NCBI GenBank assembly: GCA_951406725.2
Contig: OX597821.1
Span: 6,448,001-6,512,000, forward strand
Length of the DNA: 64,000 bases
From: Octopus vulgaris
Taxonomy: Eukaryota
Direction: 5' to 3'
Part shown: one piece after another, positions 39,656 to 53,679 of the stretch
Layout: the number at the start of each line of letters is the position of its first letter
Numbering within the stretch: position 1 is the first letter of the stretch
Position numbers and translations under genes: made by a program
The notes under the pieces: model-generated
Databases searched by the model: none
What the model was told of the DNA's origin: nothing
What the model saw: only the letters and a program-made list of their open reading frames with translations

Positions 39656-40179
39656 TTGTGTGCTTCGGCATGGCTTCTACAGCTGGATGCTCTTCTTGAT
39701 GCTAACTACTTCACAGAGTGTACTGGTTGCTTTTTACATGGCATCCACAGCAGTAGTGAGGTCACTGAGTAAGTAGCAGGGCAGAACCCCTTAGCTGGGG
39801 TGGAGGGAATAATATTGAGGAGCAGAAAAGGGTGTTTTGCACCAGAAGAAAGACATGGCTACCTCAGATGGAGAGAGACAGACAGACAGACAGACCAGAC
39901 AGAGAGAATGTGACAGGGCGGGGCAAAAAACAATTCTTTCTAATTTTCGCACAATATCATCTAATTTTAGGGAACAAGATAAATCAATTATGCCAGCCCC
40001 AGTGCTTACCTGATACTTTATTTTACTGGCCATGAAAGATTAAAAAGCAGAGTTGACTTTACTAGTATTTGAACTCAGAATGAATTGCTACTAAGCACTT
40101 TGCATGATATGTAAATGATCCTGTCAGTTTGCCATTTGAATAATAATAGTAGTAATAATAATAATAATAATAATAATAA

Positions 40180-40530
40180 ACACAACAGCAATTGGAGAAC
40201 GCAAACCTCTGCCAAGGCAACACCAACATCCTCTCAACCATTAGCCAGAGATGAGTTTTAAAATGAGAATATCTGAAATAAACTTGACTGCTCTCACAAA
40301 CAAGGATACTAAAAATGAACCTGACTGCTCTCAAAAATTAAGTAAAAAATCCAGAAAAATAATCCAGAATCCTTGTCCAGTACTGGATCAATCCCAAAAT
40401 CAGTCAGGAGCCCAAACATCCCTGAAAGTTTCATCCAAATCCATCCAGCGGTTCTTGAAATATTTTGTCCACGGACAAACAAACACAACTGAAAACAAGA
40501 CCTCCACCTTTGCTAAGGCAGAGGTAATAA
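40180..40530. mobile_element. Probable non-autonomous DNA element with subterminal inverted motifs (Helentron/Helitron-like)
   Basis: acctctgccaaggc near the start and a hairpin acctccacctt..aaggcagaggtaata at the end. Confidence 0.35.
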
Positions 40531-40681
40531 GGATAATAATACACCCACACCTTTATGTTGGTAGTGGTGAGGTTATCATTAAAATACATCCATAATGATT
40601 AGAAGAATCATATGGATATCTCCTAGTAGCATGTTTTACAGTACTCCACACACTAATATATATATACATGTGTGTATATAT

Positions 40682-41082
40682 TACTCTTTACTCTTTTACT
40701 TGTTTCAGTCATTTGACTGCGGCCATGCTGGAGCACCGCCTTTAATCGAGCAACTCGACCCTGGGACTTATTCTTTGTAAGCCCAGTTCTTATTCTATCG
40801 GTCTCTTTTTGCCGAACCGCTAAGTGACAGGGACATAAACACACCAGCATCGGTTGTCAAGCAATGCTAGGGGGACAAACACAGACACACAAACACACAT
40901 ACATACATATATATATATACATATATACGACAGGCTTCTTTCAGTTTTCCGTCTACCAAATCCACTCGCAAGGCATTGGTCGGCCCGGGGCTATAGCAGA
41001 AGACACTTGCCCAAGATGCCACACAGTGGGACTGAACCCAGAACCATGTGGTTGGTAAACAAGCTACTTACCACACAGCCAC
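40682..41082 (-). mobile_element. SINE family A (full length)
   Basis: Near-identical to 16217-16607. Confidence 0.9.
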
Positions 41083-41592
41083 ATGAATGAATAAGACCTC
41101 ACCTGAACAGTGACAACTGGCCATAGAAAATCTAACTTAATGCATAATGCCATCTGACCCATGCAGACATGGAAAAGCAGATGTTAAACCATTAAAACGT
41201 TAAAAGCGATATGTATATAGCTGTCCATGTAGCCATCTATTAATTTAGCTATCTGTCATCTTCAATCATCATCATCATCATCGTCGTCGTCGTCGTCGTC
41301 ATCATCGTCATCGTTATTGCAATCACCTGCATCATGGAGATTAATCAATCTGTGAGAGTTGCCTGTTGATCTAGAGTATTGAACACGACTGAAACTCTTC
41401 AGAAACATTGATTTTGTGTGGAATTTCAGGAATGCCAAAACAGACAAACAGACAGACAAATAAACAGACAAATAAATAAATAAATACCTTCAGTTTCACC
41501 TGATATATTTATTTATTTAATTTTATTTCCTGCTGATTGTTAAAGAAATGTGATATAGAAGAGAAGAGAAATAGAACCAATATATATAAATA

Positions 41593-41624
<32 letters not shown>

Positions 41625-42399
41625 AAAGTAGGTGAAGAAGCATAAATATTGTTGTTGTTGTTGGTGGTGTTTTTTTGCTTAATTGCTAAGCAAAAATTAA
41701 AATAAATGTACTGAAGCAACAACAACAACAACCACAATGCCAGCAATCACGGAAATGCAACAACTTCATCATAACAAGATAGAAATAACTGAATTTTTAT
41801 TGAAAACATGACAATTTAAAGAAGCTGGAGCTGTGTGTGTGTGTGTGTGTTAGTTGTAGCAAAGCAAAGTAGCAAATGAAAGAAAGAGTACTCAATACTG
41901 GAAGTAGAGTTTTAGCAATTTATGTATGGTCATGATGGGACCCTGGGTTTCATGTCGATAAGGAAGCAATACTATAACTATTCAACATATGAATTATGTG
42001 TGTGTGTGTGTCTGTGCACGTACATATCTGTGTGCATATGTGTTTATGTATACACTGTTACATTAGCTAAAGTTTATATATATATATATATATTTTGTAG
42101 ACATCATAGAATGTCTGCCATGCTTTCAGATGTGGGTTCGTGTGTGTGCATATGTGTGTGTGTGTGTGCACACATACAGAGTCTTTCCAAAAAAAATGTA
42201 TGCACACTTGAGAAAAGTAAAAATCTCTATAAATATTTTAATTCAGTGTTGTTATAATTTATTCAGTGTAATCACAATTTGATAAAGCATCCAAAGAGGT
42301 ATCTCTATTTATAGGGGTACTTATAGGAGTTAAACGTTTATGAAGATTTTTCTTTTCCTGAAGTGTGTATGCATTATTTGGTGGCCTCTGTATATTAAA

Positions 42400-42794
42400 C
42401 TAGCAGTATCGCCCGGCGTTGCTCGGGTTTGTAAGGGAAATAACTATATAAGCATTTTTAGAGATGTAAAGTATAATAGCCATCTCAATATGGCTAACCA
42501 CAAAGGGGGGTGTTACTGTAGCTTTTTACGTTCTGAGATTTAATAATAAATTTTTAGAGAGTTACTTCCCTTATATATGCCAAAAATGCATTAAAAACGG
42601 GAAAAATTGATGGTAAATTTTTTTTTAAATCGTAGACTCATCGTAGACGCGTGCTAATACCCAGAAGGGCTCGATATGAATCACGACTATAAGATGCCCG
42701 GTTTTGGTTAAACTGCACCTCAAAATGTGGGAGTAGTTAGGAATCTAAATCGTAGGAGATAGACGGCATACAACCTCACTTTTATATATAAAGA
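42400..42794 (-). mobile_element. Non-autonomous Helitron
   Basis: The minus strand begins A^TC (atctttatatataaaagtgagg), has a subterminal hairpin cccgagcaacgccggg and ends CTAG^T; inserted between A and T with no TSD. Confidence 0.8.
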
Positions 42795-43470
42795 TATGCC
42801 ATATGAAAAGCACAAGTGCTTGTGCCATGTAAAAATCACCCAGTACGCTTTGTAAAGTGGTTGGCATTAGGAAGGGCATCTAGCCGTAGAAACTATACCA
42901 AAACAGACAATGGTACCTGGTGCTGGACTGTGGCCTTTACCAGCTTCTGTCAAACCGTCCAACCCATACCAACTGATGGTGATGATGGTGATGATCTGTT
43001 TGTATGTATGTGACATTTTTGGAATTGTGAAAAAAGTGGATAAAGCTATAAATATTAAATTTTAAAAATCCTTTGGATAAAAAGAGTTAAGGCTGCCAGT
43101 AGGATATGAATCCGCATCTGAAAACATGACAGACATTCTACACTACCTACAATATATATATATATATATATATATATCAACTTTAACTAACATTAGTGTA
43201 TACACAAACACACACACATACACACACACATGCACAAAAATATTTAGGAACGATTTCATCAAGTATTGCTTCTTTTCTCTGCTTTTCATGAAACATGTGG
43301 GGATTGTTTCTCCTATCCATTGAGATTTTGCTGTAAGAGTGTTTGTGTCTGGAATTGTGTGTGTCTGCATAGTTTTCCTTTGTATATAATTGTGTGATTG
43401 TGTACCTGTTGACATCTTTGTGCATACATGTGTTTATGTTCACATGCAAGTTATTTTATCTGTGTGTATA

Positions 43471-43517
<47 letters not shown>

Positions 43518-43902
43518 TATGCACACACATATACATATATATATATATATATACATTATACACACCAGACATATATACATATACATACATAGATAATACA
43601 CACATGCGCACACACATAAATATATATATATATGTATTTGTATGTAGACAGGTCTATGGAGTTACATGTATGGTATTGTGTTATTGTTTATATAGGGTGG
43701 TGCAAAAGTCACTTTCTATTTTGAAACCAAATCACTTTTTTAATAAAATAGTTCAGGCATTTTTTCTTTTAGTTATATTTATTTTGGATGAAAGAAATTG
43801 TGTTGAACTGATATTAGAATATAACACCTTACAAAGTGTCTTTAATATTTTGATGAGTTAAGCCTTTAGCATTTAGAGTATTCTGTTAAAAATAATGCCT
43901 AC

Positions 43903-44241
43903 TTACTCTTTTACATGTTTCCGTCATTTGACTGTGGCCATGCTGGAGCACCACCTTTAGTCAAGCAAATCGACCCCAGGACTTATTCTATATAAGCCTA
44001 GTATTTATTCTATCTGTCTCTTTTGCTGAACTGCTAAAATACGGGGACGTAAACACGCCAGCATCAGTTGTCAAGCGATGTTGGTGGGGGGACAAATATA
44101 GGCATACAAACATATACACGCACATACATATATATATATACACATATATACGATGGGCTTCTTTCAGTTTCCGTCTACAAAATTCACTCACAAGGCTTTG
44201 GTCGGCCCGAGGCTATTGTAGAAGACACTTACCCAAGGTGC
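43903..44241 (-). mobile_element. SINE family A, 5'-truncated
   Basis: Family A homology. Confidence 0.85.
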
Positions 44242-45117
44242 AGATTAAATCTGCATTACCACATATCCTCGAGATTTTGATGCTGTGACTGTTTATATGT
44301 AGAATGAGATTGCAGGGAATGTGTGAAAGGGCAGTTCTGACTGGCTTGAACATAAAACAGGTGGAATATTTTGGCTAGATATCGTTGGTTTAAATATTTT
44401 TCTGCCTGTTGCATGTATGACAGCTTGTAATATATCTAACCCAATGCTGTGATTTCTTGTCAAATATTCTTCTTCCCTTTTTGGTATAATCGGGGCTAGT
44501 TTATATAAACACTTTCTTTATGATAAACCCCAAATAGAATTTTTTAAAAATCAGTCCATCATCATTGTCAACCTTCTCATCATCGTCATTATCATCATCG
44601 CCATCATCATCTTCATCATCAGCACCACCACCACCACCATCGTCATCGTTGTTGTTGTTGTCATTGTCATCGTCATCATCATCATCATCATCATCATTGT
44701 TGTCATTGTTCACCATCATCATCATTATCATCATCATCATTGTCATCGTCATCATCATCGTCATTACCACCACCACCACCACCAACAACCATCATCCTCA
44801 TAATCATCATTTACTGTTCAGTTTTTGTGAGAAAGTGTTTCATGGCCAGATGCTCTTCCTGTCACCAAGCCTTTTTAGTTGCTGATGATGAGCAGGGTCA
44901 TAATATACCTATTCTAAAACCAATAATTCTGTGTCTAAATAGATATCATAAAGCTTGATCTCATTGAAATTGCTAAACCAACCATTTCATTAAGAGATAT
45001 AACTTGATATTTTTGAGTGACATATTGATTTTTCTTTCATTGATCATTTACTGCAACAACAACACACATACAAACACACACACACACACACGCATGCAAG
45101 TTTAAATTAACTGTTTC

Positions 45118-45518
45118 CATGTGGCTGTGTGGTAAGAAGCTTGCTTCCTAACCACGTGGTTCCGGGTTCAGTCCCATCATGTGGTACCTTGGCCAGGTGT
45201 CTTTTACTATAGCCTTGAGCTGACCAAAGCCTAGTGAGTGGATCTGGAAGACAGAAACTGAAAGAAACCTGTCATATATGAATATATATATATATATTTA
45301 TATATATATTTATGTGTGTGTGTGTGTCTATGTGTCTGTCCCCCCACCATCGCTTGACAACCAGTGTTGGTATGCTTACATCCCTGTACTTAGCAATTTG
45401 GCAAAAGAGACTGATAGAATACATACTAGTCTTACAAAGAATAAGTCCTGGGTTTGATTTCTTTGACTGAAAAACCCTGGCCACAGTCAAATGACTGAGA
45501 CAAGTAAAAGGATGAAAG
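45118..45518 (+). mobile_element. SINE family A
   Basis: Family A homology, head to tail. Confidence 0.82.
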
Positions 45519-45689
45519 AATGCGTCTTTCTTAATTTAAGTTCTAAAGACATCAATGAGTTTAAATTTTCAGTTGTCATCAAGTCACTTATTCGCATACA
45601 TGTACATAATCCCAGACAAAATTTGAAACAAGGGACCTTTATTTCCAAATTAAGAATATTAACATTCTAATTAAAATATTGGCTTCAAA

Positions 45690-45895
45690 CTCCAAATTTT
45701 GGCACAAGGCCAGCAATTTTAGGGGATGGGTTTAGTCAATTGCATTGACCCCTAGAGTTCAAGTGGTGCTTATTTTATTGATCCTAAAAGGATGAAAGAT
45801 AAAGCTGATCTCAGCAGAATTTGAACTCAGAACATAAAGATGCACAAAATACCACCAAGCATGCTGGTGTGCTAATGATTCTGCCAGCTTGCTGC
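45690..45895 (-). mobile_element. SINE family B variant
   Basis: Family B core on the minus strand. Confidence 0.7.
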
Positions 45896-46037
45896 CATAA
45901 TTAATTAAAATGTTAGTAACAACAATTTATCTCAGACATTTTTGCATTCCATTCCTTAATTTAATTTTGTGCAATTTGCATTCTAATTAAAACCAACTGA
46001 ATAACATGCACCCTAAATTTGTTACTAATCTAAAAAT

Positions 46038-46317
46038 TATTTACATTATTCACTATTGACGGATTTTTGTTCTCGTCTTGTTTGCTGTTAACACAACGTT
46101 TCAGCTGATATACCCTTCAGCCTTCATCAGGTGTCTTGGGTAAATTTTAGGTATGAGAACCCAGGTTCAAAATTTCCCCAAGACATCTGATGAAGGCTGA
46201 AGGGTATATCAACTGAAATGTTGCGTTAACAACAAACAAGATGAGGACAAATATCTGTCAATTGTAAATAATGTAAATAATGTAAATAATTCCTCATCTC
46301 TTAAATATAGAATTGTA
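46038..46317. mobile_element. Head-to-head inverted pair of family G 3' halves, each with a hammerhead motif, bounded by a 12-bp TSD
   Basis: taatctaaaaat at 46026-46037 and 46318-46329; hammerhead motifs at 46090-46135 (minus, intact) and 46182-46227 (plus, partly decayed). Confidence 0.85.
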
Positions 46318-46981
46318 TAATCTAAAAATGCTCACATCCTTCTAGGACTTTTTATGCCTCGTGAAACTATGGATTTGACCTTGAAAATTTCCTCTCTAAG
46401 GTGCAAGCCAAGCAAATATTTTTTTTAAAGATGATCAGTGGTTCCCTTATAGCATTGATGTTATCCAAGACATCTGCCAAATACTGTTCTCACAATTCCT
46501 CTAATCCACTGCCCTAAACTGGTGATTATTTATTAGCTCCCAAATTGATGGACTGTAAAGTTGACTTCAGTAGGATTTGAACTTGGAATGTAGAAAGGCA
46601 GATCAAATACCACATGACATTCTGTCTGACATTTCGGCAGCTGTGTCAGTTTCACTCTTTCGTAATTAAGATGAATTTACCTCTTACATTCCTACATCAT
46701 TCATATATTATAGAATCAGATGTGAGGGGGAGTCCATGTGCGTATGTGCATGTGTGTGTGTACGTATGTTTGTGTGTGTGTATGTGTTTGTGTGTGTGTA
46801 TGTGTTTGTGTGTGTGTGTGTGTGTGGTTTTCAAGACCTGTTGCCTACTAAAAGCAAAAATAGCAATATCAAAAAGGGGAGAAGGAAGAGGAAGCAAGTG
46901 TATTAGGGGAAGTCAAGGATAAGCATAATAAGGCAAAAAAAAAAACAAACCAACAGAAAATGTTGCTGAATCGAAAAAGAA

Positions 46982-47020
<39 letters not shown>

Positions 47021-47556
47021 TGGTGGGAAGATTATTTGCTGACACATTGAACAACTAAACAATCTATATAATGTGACCAAATGGAAAGAGCAGACAACAA
47101 CAATGTATCATGTGACCAACAGACAAAAGAAAAACACAAATTCATTTCAAAGGGTTTCTTTTCTTTTACGCAAAGGGTCACTCCCCAACTATCAGTTTCC
47201 TTTTGTCCTCATGGCATACAAACATATCCAAACTGATACAGACCACCATGAGTTTTTGGGGATTCCCTTCACTTACGTTATTACTGTGATTCTATCATGT
47301 ATTCTGATGTTGTAATTATGTCATTACAATGTTACTCTCGATGGCATCAATGCACACGCCCCCCCCTCACTGATATGAGGCCCTGCTTGCTAGCTCAACT
47401 GGTTATTAAATATAGCTCAATATTCTTCTAGCCATTGCTCATCGTCTCTTTTTAACCAAATCCAGTGGTTAGACTTTTCCACTGTAGTTTGGATATCGGT
47501 CATAATGGTATTTACTTTATGATGAGTTAGGCCTAACGATAACAACAGTCGTCTCA

Positions 47557-47772
47557 TACCAACATTGGTTGTCAAGTGATGGTAGTGGGGACAAACACAG
47601 ACACAAAGACACACATATATGCAACAGGCTTCTTTCAGTTTCCATCTTCCAAATCCACTCACAAAGCTTTGATCGGCCCGAGGCTATAGTAGAAGATTCT
47701 TGCCCAAGGTGTCACACTGTGAGACTGAACCCAGAACTATGTGGTTGGGAAAGAAGCTTCTTACCACACAGC
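47557..47772 (-). mobile_element. SINE family A, partial
   Basis: Family A homology. Confidence 0.75.
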
Positions 47773-48296
47773 TACATGCATATATATTTATGAATGTAAA
47801 TGCATATATAGATATATATGTACAAGCACACCTTTAAACACTTGTTTCTTTTTTATGCATGTGTGTGTGTGTGTGTGTGTGTGTCTTGTAGTGTCTTTTA
47901 CAATCAGCTATTCCATGTATATCCTGCAACCAGTTCATTGGTTGATAAGGAGTGCCTCTTGAGAATTGATGTATTTTGTTATTCTAGACAGGTGAATAAG
48001 TTGTTATTTTAGCTACCTGAATTAATGCACAAATAAAAGGACATTCCCACCCCCACACCATCAACCATTCATTGACTCACCTATGAACCAGCCTTATTTT
48101 AATGCCGCTTAATTTAAGTAGTCTTGTAGAAGCCGGTTGGTCATTCTACACAAGTTGTCTGAACAGAGAGTATATATAGAGAGAGCTAATGTGAGTGTTT
48201 TCTAACTTTATAGCTAATAGTTTTCTATTTTTCTCTCTATTTTCTCACTATTTATGCAAACCTGTCTTTCTGTCTGTCCGTCTGTCTTTGTCTGTC

Positions 48297-48398
<102 letters not shown>

Positions 48399-48744
48399 CA
48401 TCTATCTGTCTCTCTTTCTTTCTTTCTTTCTGTCTTTCTCTCTTTCTTTCTTTCTCTCTTTCTTTCTTTCTTTCAGTCTATATATCTATCTGCATGCCTG
48501 ACTATCCATCAGTTTGTTTACCTATCAGTCCATACAACCGTTTATTTATCTGTCTATCTGTCTGTCTATCTACCTGTCTCTCTGCCCGTCTGTCTGCTTG
48601 CCTGTCGGTCTGTAAGCAAGTCTCTCCTTTTCTCTTTGTCCATCGCTTTACCAATCAGTATGTTTGTCTGTCTGTCCGTCAGTCCGCCTGTCCGTCAGTC
48701 CACCTGTCCACGTGTTTATTTGTTTACCCACCCTTCTCTCTCTC

Positions 48745-48795
48745 TCTTTGCCCACAAGCCTATCTCTCTATCTCTCTCTCTCTTTGCCCACAAGC

Positions 48796-48832
<37 letters not shown>

Positions 48833-48877
48833 CACAAGCCTATCTCTCTCTCTCTCTCTCTCTCTTTGCCCACAAGC

Positions 48878-48900
<23 letters not shown>
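48745..48900. repeat. Minisatellite tttgcccacaagccta(tc)n x4
   Basis: Four copies with variable (TC)n spacers. Confidence 0.9.
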
Positions 48901-48926
<26 letters not shown>

Positions 48927-48927
<1 letters not shown>

Positions 48928-49297
48928 AATAATTTAATAAATAAAACATACATACATACATACATACATATATATGCATACTTACATCTACATGTATATA
49001 TACATGCATATATGAGTACAGGACACCACAAATAAACGTAGAACACAACGAGAGACGAAAACATAAAAACAAACAAGGAAACGGACTTTTTTTAACACCG
49101 AAAAAACAGAGTACAAGACAAACAATACAAGGAACATTCCCCTTCTTCAGCTGCCCCTGTTTCGACTCAATGCGTGCTCGTTATGTTCTACGTTTATTTG
49201 TGGTGTCCTGTACTCATATATGCATGTATATATACATATAGATGTAGGTATGTACATATATGTATGTATGCATATGTTTTATTTATTAAATTGTTAT
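48927..49297. repeat. ~125-bp inverted repeat with a ~125-bp spacer, flanked by (CT)n
   Basis: 48927-49052 is the reverse complement of 49177-49297; ORFs on opposite strands both end HAYMSTGHHK. Confidence 0.88.
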
Positions 49298-49345
49298 TAT
49301 ATGATTGAACGCCACGCGTCGTTTTCTTATTCTTCCAAGTAAGTT

Positions 49346-49392
<47 letters not shown>

Positions 49393-49522
49393 AATCAATC
49401 TATCCATTCTGTTTATATAATTTTCACACACTCTCAGCACCTATTTCTTTCCCCCTCTCTCTTCTCTTCCCCCCCTCTATCTTTCTCCCACCCTCTCTCC
49501 CCCTCTCTCTCTCTCTCTTCCC

Positions 49523-49558
<36 letters not shown>

Positions 49559-49905
49559 ATGTATATCAAGTTATTCATGTTGCATTACATTTAGCAAGCT
49601 ATGAAAACTTTATGATTTAATTAAGAGTACTTATTACACACAGTGTAAAATGCATTCAAATGGTATCTGTACAGCTCCAAACCATAGCCATGGTAACCCA
49701 AACTTGTAGATTGACCCGTTTTGGAACTGTTTTGAATGATTTCTCAAATTTCTTCCAAACTTCACAAAGGCATAAGTTGGATTGGTCGGTTGTTTTTATT
49801 TGACAAATTGAACACACTGAGTGTTTCCACTTACATATAATTATGTCAATTCTTTGATTATTCCTGTGTGCATGTGTGAGTGTGTGAGTGTGTGTAGTTA
49901 TATAT

Positions 49906-50311
49906 ACTCTTTTACTCTTTTACTTGTTTCAGTCATTTGACTGCAGCCATGCTGGAGCACCGCCTTTAGTCGATCAAATCGACCCCGGGACTTATTCTTT
50001 GTAAGCCCAGTACTTATTCTATCGGTCTCTTGCCAAACCGCTAAGTGACGGGGACGTAAACACACCAGCATCGGTTGTCAAGCAATGCTAGGGGGACAAA
50101 CAGATACACAAACACACACACATACACATATATATATATTCATATATACGACAGGCTTCTTTCAGTTTCCGTCTACCAAATCCACTCACAAGGCATTGGT
50201 CGGCCCGGAGCTATAGCAGGAGACACTTGCTCAAGATGCCACGCAGTGGGACTGAACCCAGAACCATGTGGTTGGTTAGCAAGCTACTTACCACACAGCC
50301 ACTCCTGCGCC
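49906..50311 (-). mobile_element. SINE family A (full length, intact ggcgcaggagtggctgtgtgg head)
   Basis: Family A homology. Confidence 0.9.
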
Positions 50312-50794
50312 TATATATGTGTATGTATTCATATCAATGAATGTGTATATACAACTATGTACATAAATATCTATACATGCATGTCTGTGTTTGTGTTTAT
50401 ATGTATGAATGTGGGTGTATGTGTATTTATATACATGTATATACTCATACATACATGTGCACACACACACATGCACATACACACATATGTATATTCATGT
50501 TTGCATATATGTATGCATATAAATACATGTGTATATGTATATAATGTTTAATAATTACAGATATTCACAAAAGATTATGTAAATTACTTATGATCATTGT
50601 AAGCTGATACACTATAATGAGAAAAGACATGTTTGTTTCTTTGTTTGTGTGCGTGCATATTTGTGTGTGTGTGTGTGTGTGTGTGTGCGTACTGGTGTTC
50701 AGAATTTTTCATGTGCCTCAATGAAAAATTATAAGCTAGTTCCTGACTCAATTTTCTGTCTTTTCTTGTATGTATGACTACAAGGACAAATAAT

Positions 50795-51093
50795 AAAAGA
50801 CCCCCTTCAGTCATGAATGACTAGAGGACTAAAAAGTTATCCTCTAAGGCACAAGTCTGGGTAAGACTGTTTATGGAAGACCGGCAGTTGCCCATGCATA
50901 CCAGCCTCCTCTCTCCATGCCACCAATGTTATCCAAGGGAAAGGCAAAGACCGATACAGCTTGGCACTAACTGGAGCAATGTGAGATAAAATGTCTTGTT
51001 CAAGAACACAACACACAGCCCAGTATGGGAATAGAACTCATTACCTCTTGATTGTGAGCCCTATGCTCTAACCACTAAGCCATGTGCCTTCAC
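50795..51093 (-). mobile_element. SINE family F
   Basis: Homologous to 11900-12200; head gtgaaggcacatggcttagtggttagag is shared with family D. Confidence 0.78.
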
Positions 51094-52079
51094 TAGATTA
51101 TTTTCTATATTAAAGCCTGAAAGAATTGGAATTGGAGATAATGGTGTATAATGTATTTATATAAAATAAGCAAGCCTCTGTTGAAGTATAACAATAAACC
51201 ATGTTAGTGGCCTATATAATGGTTCTTAATGGATCACTTTGGCCCTCTCATCTGAAATTGAGCAGTCACTTAGTTCCACTACAGGTTGAAACCTGTTCTG
51301 CTTTGGCCCCTTCTGTCATACATTTACCCACCTTTGTCCCTTATTCCCTAGCATTAAGATACCCCCTCAGGGGTCATGGTCTTGCAAATGCAAGCCTCAC
51401 TAATGTTGATCAAACAACAGGAACTGCCAGTTCATTGATTTACCATGTGACTTTAGAGAAACTTCCAGAAACCCTTAAAATAATTCTTAAGTAGAATTAT
51501 TATGAAACACAATATGTGACAAGGCTGGACATTAATAATACAGCTAAAATATATCTGATAGCATACACATAGTTTCCATCTATCCAATTTCACTCAGTAG
51601 CCTTGGGTCACTCCAAGCAAAGGTAAAAGATACTTGTTCAATATACCACTCGGTGGAATTGATCCTTGGACTTGGTGACTGCAAGGCCAAACTTCTTAAC
51701 CATTCATCCCTGTTTTGGCCATAGTAACCAGTATACAATCTTGTATATTTATTTACTGGTTCCCTCATCATTAGTTCAGTGAATATGGAGCAGGCCATGC
51801 TTCACAGACAATGTCACAATGAGTGACCCTACAACATTTAATGTGGTCTTCCATTGTTGCTGAAATAAATAAAATAATACTAGTTAATGACTAATATTGT
51901 ATTTTCCTTGCCACATAATTATTTCTAATTAGTTTTTTAAATACAATCTTTATTAAATTCATTAATATTGAGTAACAATGTCTGTCTGTCTCACTGCATA
52001 AATTATGCTATTTAACTTTACAAGGCTTCCTGTATTTCAATGTTTTCTCTCTATATCTGTCTACCTGCCTCACCACATA

Positions 52080-52292
52080 TGAAGGGGTGCTGAAAAGCTC
52101 CTGTCTTTGAGTAAAAGGAAACACAGAAGGAGCAGTTAATTATGATTTTATTCAAAATATTCCCTTCTCAGATTCATATATTTATTGCAGCGGTCCTTCA
52201 GTTTTTTTAACCCTGTAAAAGAATTCAGAAGGTTGGGCCTCCAACCAGGCCTTTTGCCACCCTTAAAGCCAGGAACTTTTCAGCAATCCTCT
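52080..52292. mobile_element. Mariner-type MITE
   Basis: TIRs gaaggggtgctgaaaagctcctgtcttt / aaagccaggaacttttcagcaatcctc. Confidence 0.75.
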
Positions 52293-52467
52293 TAGATATT
52301 TCTAGTTAGCTTTTTAATACTCTTAGCATTAGATATGCTAACACTAACTTAATTATTATTTCTAAATAGGTCTGCCCTAACAGGAGCAATCATTAATTGT
52401 TTCTGGTTAACATTTTAATACATATTGTATTAAATAGTATAATTACACTATTTTCTGTATTACTATA

Positions 52468-52686
52468 CAGTAATCCCTTGCCATTTCACGGTTCACCTAT
52501 CACGGTTTATTATTTAAGCTTATGTTGATTCCTCTGGGGTGTTGTCTTGCATTGGTAATAGAATAAATATAAACAAATTATAAAAATAATGAAAAAAATA
52601 TACAGTACTGTTTCTACTTCATGGATCTTCACCTATCAGGAGGGGGTTTTTGGAACGTAACACTCATGATAATTGAGGGATTACTG
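52468..52686. mobile_element. Tigger/pogo-like MITE
   Basis: TA-cagtaatccct ... agggattactg-TA: 11-bp perfect TIR and a TA TSD. Confidence 0.8.
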
Positions 52687-53033
52687 TATCCGCTTAAGTG
52701 TGAAAAATTAGGTTTTACTTCTCAAATTGGTAGGTTGTTAGTATGATAATAGATATGAATAATTCAAATGTGGAATAAATTGGTTTGCTATGAGGAAAAG
52801 ACAAAATTGAATGTTTCAGACAGAACTCATGATGATGATGATGATGCTAATCATCATCATCATCATTTAACACCTACTTTTCCACACTTACCTGAGTTGG
52901 GATTTTTGTTTTGGCAGATTTTCTACAACCTGTTGTTTACCCTCACATGCACATACATACCTATACATATCTATCAATCTATCTAACTGTCTATCTGTCT
53001 GTATGTATGTATATATTTGTATGTATATATTTG

Positions 53034-53078
<45 letters not shown>

Positions 53079-53134
53079 AAATATGTTACAAAAAGAAAAT
53101 ATAAAATACAAAATGAAGTAGAAACAGTACTGTA

Positions 53135-53189
<55 letters not shown>

Positions 53190-53268
53190 TTTTTATTTTT
53201 ACATCTATAATTATATGACCATTACTATCTTTTCATTTCTGTTAACACCTACGTATATATATATATGA

Positions 53269-53319
<51 letters not shown>

Positions 53320-53322
<3 letters not shown>

Positions 53323-53540
53323 CTTTATGTCTGTGTTTGTCTCCTGCCACCACTTGACAACAGTGCTGGTTTGTTTTCATCCCCTTAACTTCACAGTTTG
53401 GCAAAAAAAAAAAGACTCTGATATATTAAATACCAGACTTAGCAAAAATTAAGTAATGGGGTCAATAAATTCAACTAAAACGTCTCCAAGGCAGTACCCC
53501 AGCATGGCCACAGTCTAAATACTGAAACAAGTGAAAAGAT
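53320..53540 (+). mobile_element. SINE family A 3' half, diverged
   Basis: Family A 3' homology after (TG)n. Confidence 0.7.
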
Positions 53541-53679
53541 TTAAAAAAAGAAAGAAAAAAACTAAAGAAAAATAAGTTTTCTTGATCAGAATTGAACTGG
53601 GGCTAAAGAACAACAATAAGAAGCAAAATCTTGGGGTTTTGTTGTGTCTGAGGAGAGTCATTTTTTCCCCATTTATAAG

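Noticed and set aside
41327-41430. Possible minus-strand exon next to (GAT)n
   Set aside because: Poor acceptor and no protein similarity.
48745-48900. Repeat-spacer pattern resembling a CRISPR array
   Set aside because: The spacers are just (TC)n of varying length; eukaryotic context and no cas genes.
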